NCBI GenBank assembly: GCA_044868695.1
Contig: JBIOWP010000137.1
Span: 1 to 31,577 of the forward strand
DNA from: a bacterium
GTDB taxonomy: Bacteria; Sysuimicrobiota; Sysuimicrobiia; Sysuimicrobiales; Kaftiobacteriaceae
Direction: 5' to 3'
Length of the DNA: 31,577 nt
In this document: positions 16,603 to 25,037 of the stretch, piece after piece
How the letters are laid out: each line of letters starts with the position of its first letter
How positions within the stretch are numbered: the first letter of the stretch is position 1
Made by a program: the position numbers and the translations under genes
Notes under the pieces: model-generated
Seen by the model: the letters and a program-made list of their open reading frames with translations, nothing else
The model's database searches: none
What the model was told of the DNA's origin: nothing

Positions 16603-18681
16603 ATGGCCGAGAATCGTCTCGCCGGCGAACAGAGCGCGTACTTACGATCTGCCGCGCATCAGCCCGTCGACTGGCACCCCTGGTCGGAGGAGGCCTTCGC
16701 GCGCGCGAAGCAGGAGGGAAAGCCCATCCTGCTGGACATCGGGGCTGTGTGGTGCCACTGGTGCCATGTGCTCGACCACGAGAGCTACGACGACCCCCAG
16801 GTCGCGAAGATCATCAACGAGCACTTCGTCGCGATCAAGGTCGATCGCGACGCCCGGCCGGACCTCGATGCCCGCTACCAGCACGCGGTGAGCACCATCA
16901 GCGGGCAGGGCGGGTGGCCGCTCACGGCATTCCTCACCCCGGAGGGCCGTGTCTTCTTCGGCGGCACATATTTTCCGCCGGCCGACGCATTCGGCCGCCC
17001 CAGCTTTACGCGCGTGCTGCTGAGCGTCGCCCAGTACTATCGAGACAATACCGGCGAAGCCGAGGTCGCGGCAGGGCAACTCCACCAGCAGCTCGCCGCC
17101 GCCGAAGAGCAGGCGCGGGGCGGCACCCCGGACCCTTCCTATCTCGCCGCCGGCATCGAGAGCATCCGAAAGGCATTCGACCCCACGAACGGCGGATTCG
17201 GCGGAGCGCCTAAGTTCCCGCATCCGTCCGCCGTCGAGCTCCTGCTGCGGCGGTACGCCCGCACCCGCGACGGCGACCTGCTGGCCATGGTCACGCGGAC
17301 GCTGGAGAAGATGGCGCGCGGCGGGATTCACGACCAGGTAGGCGGCGGATTCCACCGCTACGCTACCGATGCCCGCTGGACCGTACCCCATTTTGAAAAG
17401 ATGCTGTACGACAACGCGGGCCTGCTGTCAGCCTACGCCCTTGCGTATCAGGCCACGGCCCTGCCGTACTTCAAGGAGGTCGCGCTGGACACCGCGTCGT
17501 TCATGGCGACCGTGTTGTACGATCAGGCGCGGGGCGGATTCTACGGCAGCCAGGACGCCGACGTGAGCCCGGCTGATGACGGTGGCTACTTCACCTGGGC
17601 GATCGATGAGGCGAAGGCTGCCCTGTCCTCAGATGAATTTGCGGTGCTTGCCGAACACTACCATCTTCGGGACCGCGGCGAGATGCACACGGACCCCACC
17701 CGGCACGTGCTGTTTGTGGACCGCGATCCGGATGTCATCGCGGTGCTTCTGCACAACGAGGTGGCCGATGTCCGCCGCCTCCTCAGCGGCGGTCGCGAGA
17801 AACTGGCTGCGGCGAGGGCGGGGCGGGAAGCGCCGTATGTAGACGACGCCGTCTACGCGAACTGGAACGGGATGGCGATCTCCGCGTTCCTGCACGCGCA
17901 CACGGCATTGGGGGACGAGAGATTCCGCACTCTGGCCCTGCGCGCGCTGGACCGGTTCATCTCCGAAGGGTATCAGCCTGACCGCGGGTTTGCTCACGCG
18001 CTCAACGGTGCCGCCGGCGGACCGCTGCTCCTGGACGACCAGGTGCAGATGGCGCGGGCCCTGCTGGACGCGTTCGAGGTCACCGGGGGCGTTCGATATC
18101 TGACGCTGTCGCGCGAGGTCATGGACGCCGCGCTCAGGACCTTCTGGGACGAGCAGGGGTTCCTTGACGTCCCGCGCGCAGCGGCCGGGCCCGGACTCGA
18201 CACACCGCACAAGCCGGCGCAGGACGCGCCGACGCCGGCGCCCAACGCGGTCGCCGCGCTCGTCCTGCTCCGTCTTGCGCGGATCTTCGAGGAGGCCAGC
18301 TATCGTACACTCGCCGAACGGGTGGTGGTGGGCTTTGCGCCCTCGCTCGCGCCGCACGGGTTGTATGCGGCGACGCTGCTGGCCGCACTGGATGACCTGC
18401 TGCACGAGCCGGCGCACGTCACCATAGTCGGCCCGCCCGGAGACCCCGCGACATCTGCGCTGCACGCGGCCGCGCTGCAAACGTTCCGTCCGGATAAGAT
18501 CGTCACGCTGCACGCCGACGGGAGCACCTCCTTCCCGCTCCCGGGCCCTGTGCGCGCGATGCTCACACGGTCCGGCCGGCCCCAGGCCTACGTGTGCGCC
18601 GGCAACACCTGCGCCCCGCCCACGACAGATCCTGAGACCCTCGCGCAGACGCTGGCCACCTTCGGTCTGTCTGCCCCGTGA
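16603..18681 (+). CDS. YyaL/SSP411-type thioredoxin domain plus six-hairpin glycosidase-like protein
   Basis: [61 protein letters not shown]-terminal AYVC...C.PP. Start ATG 16603. Confidence 0.92.
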   Translation: MAENRLAGEQSAYLRSAAHQPVDWHPWSEEAFARAKQEGKPILLDIGAVWCHWCHVLDHESYDDPQVAKIINEHFVAIKVDRDARPDLDARYQHAVSTISGQGGWPLTAFLTPEGRVFFGGTYFPPADAFGRPSFTRVLLSVAQYYRDNTGEAEVAAGQLHQQLAAAEEQARGGTPDPSYLAAGIESIRKAFDPTNGGFGGAPKFPHPSAVELLLRRYARTRDGDLLAMVTRTLEKMARGGIHDQVGGGFHRYATDARWTVPHFEKMLYDNAGLLSAYALAYQATALPYFKEVALDTASFMATVLYDQARGGFYGSQDADVSPADDGGYFTWAIDEAKAALSSDEFAVLAEHYHLRDRGEMHTDPTRHVLFVDRDPDVIAVLLHNEVADVRRLLSGGREKLAAARAGREAPYVDDAVYANWNGMAISAFLHAHTALGDERFRTLALRALDRFISEGYQPDRGFAHALNGAAGGPLLLDDQVQMARALLDAFEVTGGVRYLTLSREVMDAALRTFWDEQGFLDVPRAAAGPGLDTPHKPAQDAPTPAPNAVAALVLLRLARIFEEASYRTLAERVVVGFAPSLAPHGLYAATLLAALDDLLHEPAHVTIVGPPGDPATSALHAAALQTFRPDKIVTLHADGSTSFPLPGPVRAMLTRSGRPQAYVCAGNTCAPPTTDPETLAQTLATFGLSAP

Positions 18682-18690
18682 CCCGCGCCG

Positions 18691-19431
18691 ATGTCCTACG
18701 TCGAGCTCAAACACCTGCTGGCGGACCTCGCGCTCGAAGCGGTCCGGAATCCTGACCGGGCCGCGTGGGCCGCTGTCGCCGCTGCATACGGGGTGCTGGC
18801 GCGCCCCCCGGAGACAGCGATCTCCTGGGACGCGCTCCGCGCCACAGCCGAGCGGATGGGCGCGCGGTTCGCCTGGCGTCCGCGACCCAACGACGCAGGA
18901 TTGCTGGTGGCGCGAGGCCTGTTCGACGTGGGCGAGGGAACAGTGGCGCTGCGCCCGCAGTTTGTTCCATTCCTCGCCTACCTGACGCGCCAGACCTCCC
19001 GGCTGCTCGACGCGTTGTGGACGGTCGCGCGCTCAATGGACGCGGGCGCGGTAGATGACCTTCGGCGCGGCGTCGCCCTCTTCAACGCGGGGTTATTCTT
19101 CGAATGCCACGAGCTGCTCGAGGACGTGTGGAAAACGACAGAGGGAGCAGACAAAGCATTCTTCCAAGGCATCGTGCAAATCGCCGCAGCCTTCTACCAC
19201 TACGAGAAACGCAACCGCCACGGCGCGAGAACTCTCTTAGGCAAGGGCATGCAGAAACTTGCGGGATATCCTGACCAACATCTCGGGGTTGACCTGGCAG
19301 GGCTGATTCGGCTGCTGGACCCCTGGGCCGCGTTCTTCAGCGCCGGCGGGCCGGGGTCGCCGCCGGCCGGATCCCCGCCGAGGATTTCGATGACCGGAGA
19401 CCCGCAGAATCGCCCACCTGCTTTGTGTTAG
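18691..19431 (+). CDS. DUF309 domain protein with an extra N-terminal region
   Basis: GVALFNAGLFFECHELLEDVW...FFQGIVQIAAAFYH in the C-terminal half. Confidence 0.82.
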   Translation: MSYVELKHLLADLALEAVRNPDRAAWAAVAAAYGVLARPPETAISWDALRATAERMGARFAWRPRPNDAGLLVARGLFDVGEGTVALRPQFVPFLAYLTRQTSRLLDALWTVARSMDAGAVDDLRRGVALFNAGLFFECHELLEDVWKTTEGADKAFFQGIVQIAAAFYHYEKRNRHGARTLLGKGMQKLAGYPDQHLGVDLAGLIRLLDPWAAFFSAGGPGSPPAGSPPRISMTGDPQNRPPALC

Positions 19432-19434
19432 TAT
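19426..19434 (+). promoter_or_regulatory. Extended -10 element (TGtTAGTAT) for tRNA-Ser
   Basis: TG-n-TAGTAT 11 nt before the mature tRNA, overlapping the DUF309 stop codon. Confidence 0.55.
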
Positions 19435-19445
19435 GGTGCAGAGTT

Positions 19446-19540
19446 GGAGGGGTGACCGAGTCGGCCGATGGTAGCCGCCTGCTAAGCGGTTGAGCGGGCA
19501 AACACCTGCTCCGTGGGTTCGAATCCCACCCCCTCCGCCA
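19446..19540 (+). tRNA. tRNA-Ser(GCT)
   Basis: Acceptor GGAGGGG/CCCCTCC-G-CCA; anticodon arm GCCGC-CT-GCT-AA-GCGGT; long variable arm; T arm GTGGG-TTCGAAT-CCCAC. Confidence 0.97.
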
Positions 19541-19568
19541 GCCACCTCGCCCGCCACCCGGGGTTTTG

Positions 19569-19991
19569 ATGAAACCGAGAATTACAGTTCTGACAATCGG
19601 CGTGAACGACTTAGAGAAATCGCTGAAATTCTATCGCGACGGTCTCGGCCTCAAGACGCCGGGGATCATCGGACAGGAATTTGAATTCGGCGCGGTCGCG
19701 TTCTTTGATTTACAAAATGGGATGAAGCTCGCGTTATGGCCCAGGAAGAGCCTGTCTCACGACTCGGGCATTCCGCTCCAAACTCCAAGCGCGACTGAAT
19801 TTACAATTGGCCATAACGTCGCCAGTAAGAAAGAAGTTGACGCTGTGATGAAACAGGCGCAAGGAGCGGGCGCAAAGATTGTCAAGCCGGCTCACGATAC
19901 GTTTTGGGGAGGCTACGCCGGCTACTTCCAAGACCCTGATGGGCACTTGTGGGAAGTGGCGTGGAATCCCGCGTGGAAGATTGAGGACTAG
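19569..19991 (+). CDS. VOC (glyoxalase/bleomycin-resistance) family protein
   Basis: ITVLTIGVNDL..SL.FYRDGLG, KPAHDTFWGGYAGYFQDPDGHLWEVAWNP. Confidence 0.92.
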   Translation: MKPRITVLTIGVNDLEKSLKFYRDGLGLKTPGIIGQEFEFGAVAFFDLQNGMKLALWPRKSLSHDSGIPLQTPSATEFTIGHNVASKKEVDAVMKQAQGAGAKIVKPAHDTFWGGYAGYFQDPDGHLWEVAWNPAWKIED

Positions 19992-20017
19992 GGAGTAGTA
20001 GTGGCTACTACTCCCTA
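19989..20017. terminator. Perfect 13-bp hairpin between convergent genes; probable bidirectional terminator built from heptamer units
   Basis: TAGGGAGTAGTAG-TGG-CTACTACTCCCTA, followed by further units ATCCCTA CTCCAAT. Confidence 0.65.
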
Positions 20018-20042
20018 ATCCCTACTCCAATCTCAGTCGCTG

Positions 20043-20555
20043 TTAGAGGTTTTCCGTAATCGTCTTCCACTGGCCGGGCGCGAAGATGATGATCGACATC
20101 ACCTTCCCGCTCATCACCCCGGACTTCCCAATGTCGAAGGCGATGCCTTGCGGATCGTAGATGAGCGTGAACGTGCGCTGGTCTTCGTCGGTCGCAAACT
20201 CCTTACCGTAGATCTCTTCCACCATGCTGCGTTCGGTCCCCGCGGTGACGCCGCCCTTGTCCGTCTTGTAGGCATCGCTGAGCTGGATCAGCACGAGGAC
20301 GATTTTGGTGCTCTCCTTCTCCGCGATCAGGAGGAACGGTTTCAGCGGCCAGTCAAGCACGGTGAATTTGTCCCGGTCGGACCGGTCGTAGACGCTGCCG
20401 AGCACTCCGATGGCGTCGGCGACGGTCCCGCCCACCCGGACACCTCCGGCCGCCTGCCCCGCGATAATGTGGCTGCCGTTCTGCGCCGAGGCGGGATGCG
20501 CGAGCAGCGCCAGGCTCAAGAGTCCCACGACCACGATGCGGATCACGGCACTCAC
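20043..20555 (-). CDS. Secreted hypothetical protein
   Basis: Signal peptide ending PASA; host-like codon usage; two internal GGV.(V/A)G.....V/A....G repeats; no family recognised. Confidence 0.75.
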   Translation of the reverse strand: MSAVIRIVVVGLLSLALLAHPASAQNGSHIIAGQAAGGVRVGGTVADAIGVLGSVYDRSDRDKFTVLDWPLKPFLLIAEKESTKIVLVLIQLSDAYKTDKGGVTAGTERSMVEEIYGKEFATDEDQRTFTLIYDPQGIAFDIGKSGVMSGKVMSIIIFAPGQWKTITENL

Positions 20556-20634
20556 CCCAGTGTGGGTGACCGTATTGGCCCCCCAAATATCGTGCCCGCA
20601 GCGGGCCCGCCTTAGCCGTGCGGATGGGGCCGTG

Positions 20635-20643
20635 TGCTATAAT
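20635..20643 (+). promoter_or_regulatory. Extended -10 element (TGcTATAAT) for tRNA-Arg(GCG)
   Basis: Perfect TG-n-TATAAT 12 nt upstream of the tRNA. Confidence 0.75.
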
Positions 20644-20655
20644 CTGCGTGCGCGC

Positions 20656-20731
20656 GCGCCCGTAGCTCAGCGGATAGAGCGTTGGCCTGCGGAGCCAAAG
20701 GTCACAGGTTCAAGTCCTGTCGGGCGCGCCA
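20656..20731 (+). tRNA. tRNA-Arg(GCG)
   Basis: Acceptor GCGCCCG/CGGGCGC-G-CCA; D arm GCTC/GAGC; anticodon arm TTGGC-CT-GCG-GA-GCCAA; T arm ACAGG-TTCAAGT-CCTGT. Confidence 0.96.
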
Positions 20732-20794
20732 TTCGACTCGCCCGCTTCCGGCGGACTCGCTCATGGCCTCCGGCCAGTTGCTTCCGCACCCATT

Positions 20795-20824
20795 TTGCGG
20801 GATAACCGGACCGTCTGTTAGAAT
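20795..20824 (+). promoter_or_regulatory. Promoter for tRNA-Arg(CCT): TTGCGG-N18-TAGAAT with TG extension
   Basis: TTGCGG 20795-20800, TG 20816-20817, TAGAAT 20819-20824. Confidence 0.6.
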
Positions 20825-20832
20825 GGCCCTGC

Positions 20833-20908
20833 GGGCCCGTAGCTCAGTGGATAGAGCAGGGGACTCCTAAGCCTCTGGTCGGGGGTTCGATTCCCTCCGG
20901 GCCCGCCA
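20833..20908 (+). tRNA. tRNA-Arg(CCT)
   Basis: Acceptor GGGCCCG/CGGGCCC-G-CCA; anticodon loop CT-CCT-AA; T arm GGGGG-TTCGATT-CCCTC. Confidence 0.94.
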
Positions 20909-21138
20909 GAAATTTGCCGGGGCCTCGGGTGTAGGAACGAAATCTAGCTTGCCAAGCTATCGCGAGGATCAGAGGGGCTTGGGCCGCGAGGGAGGTGCCG
21001 TTCTCGATGTTCCGGCATGGTGCTGCTGGGTCTGGTGGTTCGGCGGGTGCTTCAGCTGCTGGATATCTCCTGGAGGGAAGGAGCGTGGCGACAGGGTAGA
21101 CAGAAGCAGATCAGCCCCAACCAGGTGGGTGGCCAAGC

Positions 21139-24000
21139 GTGAGGCTCCCGACCGGAACAGTCACCTTCCTTTTCACCGACATCGAAGGGTCCACTCGCCT
21201 CCTGCAGCAACTTGGTGATCAATATGCAGAGCTGCTGTCAGGCTACCGCGAGATCCTCCGATCCGCCGCAAGGAGTTACGGTGGCCAGGAGATCGACAGC
21301 GCCGGCGACGCCTGCTTCTTCGCCTTCCCCCGGGTCAGCGACGCCGTGGCGGCTGCTGTAAACGCACAACGGGCGCTCGGGACGCATACGTGGCCGAAGG
21401 GCAAGACCGCGGCATCCCGGATAGGGATCCACACGGGCCAGCCTATGGCTCGCGAAGCAGACTATGTGGGGATCGACGTGCACCGGGTGGCGCGCATCTG
21501 CGATGCTGCGCACGGTGGCCAGATCCTCGTCTCAGATGCGACGCGAATCGTCCTGGAGCAGGCTCTGCCCAAAGGCGTCACCCTGAAACTACTGGGTGAG
21601 TATCGCCTGAAGGACCTCCTCAGACCGGAGCGGCTGTTTCAGGTGGTCCACCCAGACCTCCCCGAGTCGTTTCCTCCGCTGCGCACACTGGACGCGCACC
21701 CCAACAACCTCCCTCCGCAGCCGACAGTCTTCATCGGCAGGGAGGCCGAGGTGGCCCGGACACGCGCGGCGCTCCTTGACGAGGGTGCGCGGCTTCTCAC
21801 GCTCACGGGGGCGGGAGGGATCGGGAAAACGAGACTCGCGCTGCAGCTCGCGGCGGAGGTCATCGACCAGTTCCGCCACGGAGCCTTCTTCGTCCCGCTC
21901 GCCCACATTACCGATCCAGGGATGATCGTCCCGTCCATCGCGAAGGTGCTGGGCGTGAACGAGATGCCCGGCCGCTCCTTGCTCCACAACCTCCAGGAAT
22001 ATTTGAAAGATAAGCAGACCCTGTTGGCGCTCGATAATCTGGAACAGGTCACCGAGGCGGCGTCAGTGGTCGACCAACTGCTGGCGGCCTGCCCGGATCT
22101 CAAGATCGTCACCACCAGCCGCGAGCGCCTCCGACTAAGCTGGGAGCACGAGTTCCAAGTGCCGACGCTGGAGGTCCCAGATCGGCGGAAAGACACGGTG
22201 GACACAGCGGCCCGGATTCCTGCGGTGGCGCTGTTTGTGAACAGGTGCCGGCTCGTCCATCCGGAATTCGCCCTTACCCCCGACAACGTCGAGGCCGTGG
22301 CCACGATCTGCATCCGGCTGGAAGGCCTGCCACTGGCCATTGAGCTGGCGGCAGCGCGCATCAAGATTCTGACGCCTGAGGAGATTGCCCGGCGATTGGA
22401 CGATCACTCTCGCCTGCTCCGCGGCGGCCCCCGTGACGCTCCGCAGCGACATCAATCGCTACAGGCGGCGATCTCTTGGAGTTATGAGCTGCTCACGCCG
22501 GACGAACGGCGGCTGTTCCGATCCCTGGCCGTGTTTCGCGGGGGCTTTGCGCTCGCATCGGCGGAGGCGGTCGCGAGCGGCGACAGCCTCGATCTCCTTG
22601 ACGGTCTAACCTCGCTGGTCGACAAGAGCCTGCTCAGGCGGATCGCGGTGCCTGACCGCAGCGCGCGATTCCACATGCTCGAAACGATCCGGGAATATGG
22701 CGTCGAACAACTGGCCGCAACGGGTGAGCTGGATGGCACCAGGAGCCGCCACGCCGGTCATTTCGCCTCACTGGCCGAGCAGGCGGAAATGCGGCTAGCA
22801 AGTCCAGAGGAGGAAATGGGGCTGCAGCGTCTCTGGCAGGACACAGAGAACCTGCGCAGCGCTGTGGAGTGGTCGGTGCGAAGCTCGGTTCAGACCACGG
22901 CACGGCTCGGGTGCGGATTGGGGTGGCTCTTCTACCTCCATGGGCATCTGACTGAAGGCCGCGCGCGGATCGAACAAATTCTGCAGGCAGCAGGCGATGT
23001 GGACGATCAACTGCGGGCCCGAGTGCTCCTCCCCGCCGGCGTGCTGGCCTGGAGCCTGGGCGAGTGGCATCAGGCCCGCACATGGCTTGAGCAATCCCTG
23101 GGGGTATTTCGTCAGTACAAGGACGCCAGGCGCGAGGCCATGGCGACCGCCTTTGTCGGGCATGTGGCTCGATCCACGGGTGAGGTCGAAGAAGCCTCAA
23201 CGCGCTACCAGACCGCCCTGGGCATCTACCGGAGTCTCGGCAATGAGTGGGGTATCGCCTGGGCGCTGTTCGATCTCGGACTGGCTGCTCGGGATCGGGG
23301 CAACGATGACGAGGCGGTGGCGCTCCACGAGCAGAGCCTAGCCCTTTTCCGCAAACAGGGATATCGCTGGGGCACGGCCTGGGCGCTGTGGAATCTGGGC
23401 GTCCTTGCGCACCGGCGTGGCGACGACGCGAATGCGCGTGACCGCTTCGCCGAGAGCCTGGATCTCTACCGCGGCCTCGACGACCGCAGGGGAATCGCGC
23501 AGTCCCTTGAGGGCCTGGCGGCCGTCATCTTCGTGGCGGGGAGGCTGCGAGAGGCGGCAAGGGTGCTTTCGGCCGCCGACGCGCTCCGCGCCGGACTGGG
23601 CGCGCCGGTCGCGCTGTCCGATCGCCGGGAATATGATCGCACGCTGGAAGGTGTGAAGGTGTCGATGGCCGGTGCGGAGTTCGAGCGTGAATGGAGCAAT
23701 GGCCGAAGCCTTGAGGCCGACGACGCGATTCAGCTTGCCCTGGGCGCCGCCCAACCGCCACCCGCGCGGCCTCAGCGACCGGGCAAGGCGCACGATCCGT
23801 TGACATCCCGGGAGAGCGAGGTTGCCGCGCTCATCGCGAGAGGGCTCTCCAACCGAGAAATCGCCACAAAGCTCAGCATCGCAGACCGAACTGCCATCAG
23901 CCACATCGAACACATCATGAACAAACTCGGGCTGCACAGTCGCGCCCAAATCGCAGCCTGGGCTGTACGGCACGGGTTAGACCTGCCTGCCGAGTCTTAG
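21139..24000 (+). CDS. Class III nucleotidyl cyclase - STAND/NB-ARC ATPase - TPR - LuxR HTH regulator (Rv0386-like architecture)
   Basis: Cyclase FLFTDIEGST, AGDA, RIGIHTG, HGGQILVS; Walker A GAGGIGKT; Walker B LALDNLE; LEGLPLAIELAA; ~40-aa TPR repeats; LuxR LTSRESEVAALIARGLSNREIA..KLG..SRAQI. Confidence 0.93.
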   Translation: MRLPTGTVTFLFTDIEGSTRLLQQLGDQYAELLSGYREILRSAARSYGGQEIDSAGDACFFAFPRVSDAVAAAVNAQRALGTHTWPKGKTAASRIGIHTGQPMAREADYVGIDVHRVARICDAAHGGQILVSDATRIVLEQALPKGVTLKLLGEYRLKDLLRPERLFQVVHPDLPESFPPLRTLDAHPNNLPPQPTVFIGREAEVARTRAALLDEGARLLTLTGAGGIGKTRLALQLAAEVIDQFRHGAFFVPLAHITDPGMIVPSIAKVLGVNEMPGRSLLHNLQEYLKDKQTLLALDNLEQVTEAASVVDQLLAACPDLKIVTTSRERLRLSWEHEFQVPTLEVPDRRKDTVDTAARIPAVALFVNRCRLVHPEFALTPDNVEAVATICIRLEGLPLAIELAAARIKILTPEEIARRLDDHSRLLRGGPRDAPQRHQSLQAAISWSYELLTPDERRLFRSLAVFRGGFALASAEAVASGDSLDLLDGLTSLVDKSLLRRIAVPDRSARFHMLETIREYGVEQLAATGELDGTRSRHAGHFASLAEQAEMRLASPEEEMGLQRLWQDTENLRSAVEWSVRSSVQTTARLGCGLGWLFYLHGHLTEGRARIEQILQAAGDVDDQLRARVLLPAGVLAWSLGEWHQARTWLEQSLGVFRQYKDARREAMATAFVGHVARSTGEVEEASTRYQTALGIYRSLGNEWGIAWALFDLGLAARDRGNDDEAVALHEQSLALFRKQGYRWGTAWALWNLGVLAHRRGDDANARDRFAESLDLYRGLDDRRGIAQSLEGLAAVIFVAGRLREAARVLSAADALRAGLGAPVALSDRREYDRTLEGVKVSMAGAEFEREWSNGRSLEADDAIQLALGAAQPPPARPQRPGKAHDPLTSRESEVAALIARGLSNREIATKLSIADRTAISHIEHIMNKLGLHSRAQIAAWAVRHGLDLPAES

Positions 24001-24056
24001 CCCCTTAACCACACCGCACCCGACTCGGGACTCCTCGGAGTGCCGCACCGGCGACT

Positions 24057-24150
24057 GTATCGGAAGTTCTTCCGATACGACTGCCGGCATCGGTTGGCGT
24101 AGATGATCGGAAATCCCCTCGATGACCCAGGGCGCCTGCGGGCGTATGGT
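24057..24150 (+). promoter_or_regulatory. Two palindromic boxes plus ATGACC-N17-TATGGT promoter; candidate LuxR-HTH target
   Basis: GTATCGGAAG-TT-CTTCCGATAC (24057-24078); related ATCGGAAATCCCCTCGAT (24106-24123) overlapping -35 ATGACC (24122-24127); -10 TATGGT (24145-24150). Confidence 0.65.
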
Positions 24151-24259
24151 GGGGTCAACGCTCAAGGCCCGCGAGGTGAAAACGTCGTCATGAGAGGCCC
24201 GACGAGCCTGGGGATGGACGTGGGGGATGGACATCGATCATGCATGAGGGGGGTCAGCG

Positions 24260-24949
24260 ATGAAACGCACCATTCTTGCAGTCACGATGGTATTGGCCGC
24301 CGCGCTTGTCGCGCAGGCGGGGACGATGACCGTCAAGCTGCAGTTCGTGAATCACCTGCAGGCGAAGTTCCCCGAGCAGGACGTGTACATCGAACGGGCG
24401 CCCGGATCGGGCGAGGTGTTTCGCGTGACCGCTGAGGACAAGACGATGTCCGCAAAGCTGTACGCTGCCGCCGAGCCGGTCAAGCACAACCCGTTCAACG
24501 CGCAGGATCTCGGGCCGTTCAAGAAAGGGCGGGCACTCGGGATCACCATCGGGCAGTGGCTGGCCGCGGGTGGATCGGGGACCTACACGTGCGCAAACGG
24601 CCAGGGCCGTGTCAATGTGGCCTTCACGAAGCTGGTGCCCAACGGCCTGTACACGATGTGGTACTTCTTCATGGCTCTTCCGCCTCAGCAGCCGTTCACC
24701 GGGACACTGGACCTGCCGCTCGGCGCTCGCGACGGCACGCAGAATACGTTCCGCGCGAACGCGAGTGGCAACGTCACGTACCGGTTGAACTTCGAGCCCT
24801 GCCTTGATCTGAGCGGACAGCAGGTAAAGAGCGGTCTGGCCATCGCCTGGCACAGCGACGGGAAGGTGTACGCGGCGGATCCCGGCCCGTTCGGCCTCGG
24901 GTCCCATGTGCAGCTCTTCTTGCTGCTGCCAGACGCGAGTGCCCGATAG
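24260..24949 (+). CDS. Secreted hypothetical protein with 4 His and 2 Cys, possibly a metal-binding beta-sandwich
   Basis: Signal peptide ending AQA; motifs KLVPNGLYTMW, NTFRANASG, LAIAWHSDG, SHVQL. SD GAGGGGG. Confidence 0.8.
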   Translation: MKRTILAVTMVLAAALVAQAGTMTVKLQFVNHLQAKFPEQDVYIERAPGSGEVFRVTAEDKTMSAKLYAAAEPVKHNPFNAQDLGPFKKGRALGITIGQWLAAGGSGTYTCANGQGRVNVAFTKLVPNGLYTMWYFFMALPPQQPFTGTLDLPLGARDGTQNTFRANASGNVTYRLNFEPCLDLSGQQVKSGLAIAWHSDGKVYAADPGPFGLGSHVQLFLLLPDASAR

Positions 24950-24956
24950 TCCTCCA

Positions 24957-24996
24957 GGGACAGGAGGCCGGCAACAGGCACGCGGCCTCCTGTCCC
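24957..24996 (+). other. Intercistronic hairpin after the secreted-protein gene
   Basis: Perfect 14-bp stem GGGACAGGAGGCCG / CGGCCTCCTGTCCC with a 12-nt loop and no U-tract. Confidence 0.7.
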
Positions 24997-25037
24997 CCGG
25001 AAGGTCGCTCTCCTGAGGTGCCGAGGAGGAGGATACG

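Noticed and set aside
19446..19540. Selenocysteine or suppressor tRNA
   Set aside because: The anticodon is GCT with a normal 7-bp acceptor stem; a long variable arm is standard for tRNA-Ser.
19535..19556. Duplicated tRNA-Ser 3' end (CCGCCA twice) as an att scar
   Set aside because: Only 6 bp in GC-rich DNA, so likely chance.
23248..23520. 120-bp periodic DNA similarity inside the regulator
   Set aside because: Explained by the ~40-aa TPR-like protein repeats.
24209..24232. Short direct repeat GGGGATGGAC twice before the secreted gene
   Set aside because: Two adjacent copies with nothing else to support a function; probably local slippage.
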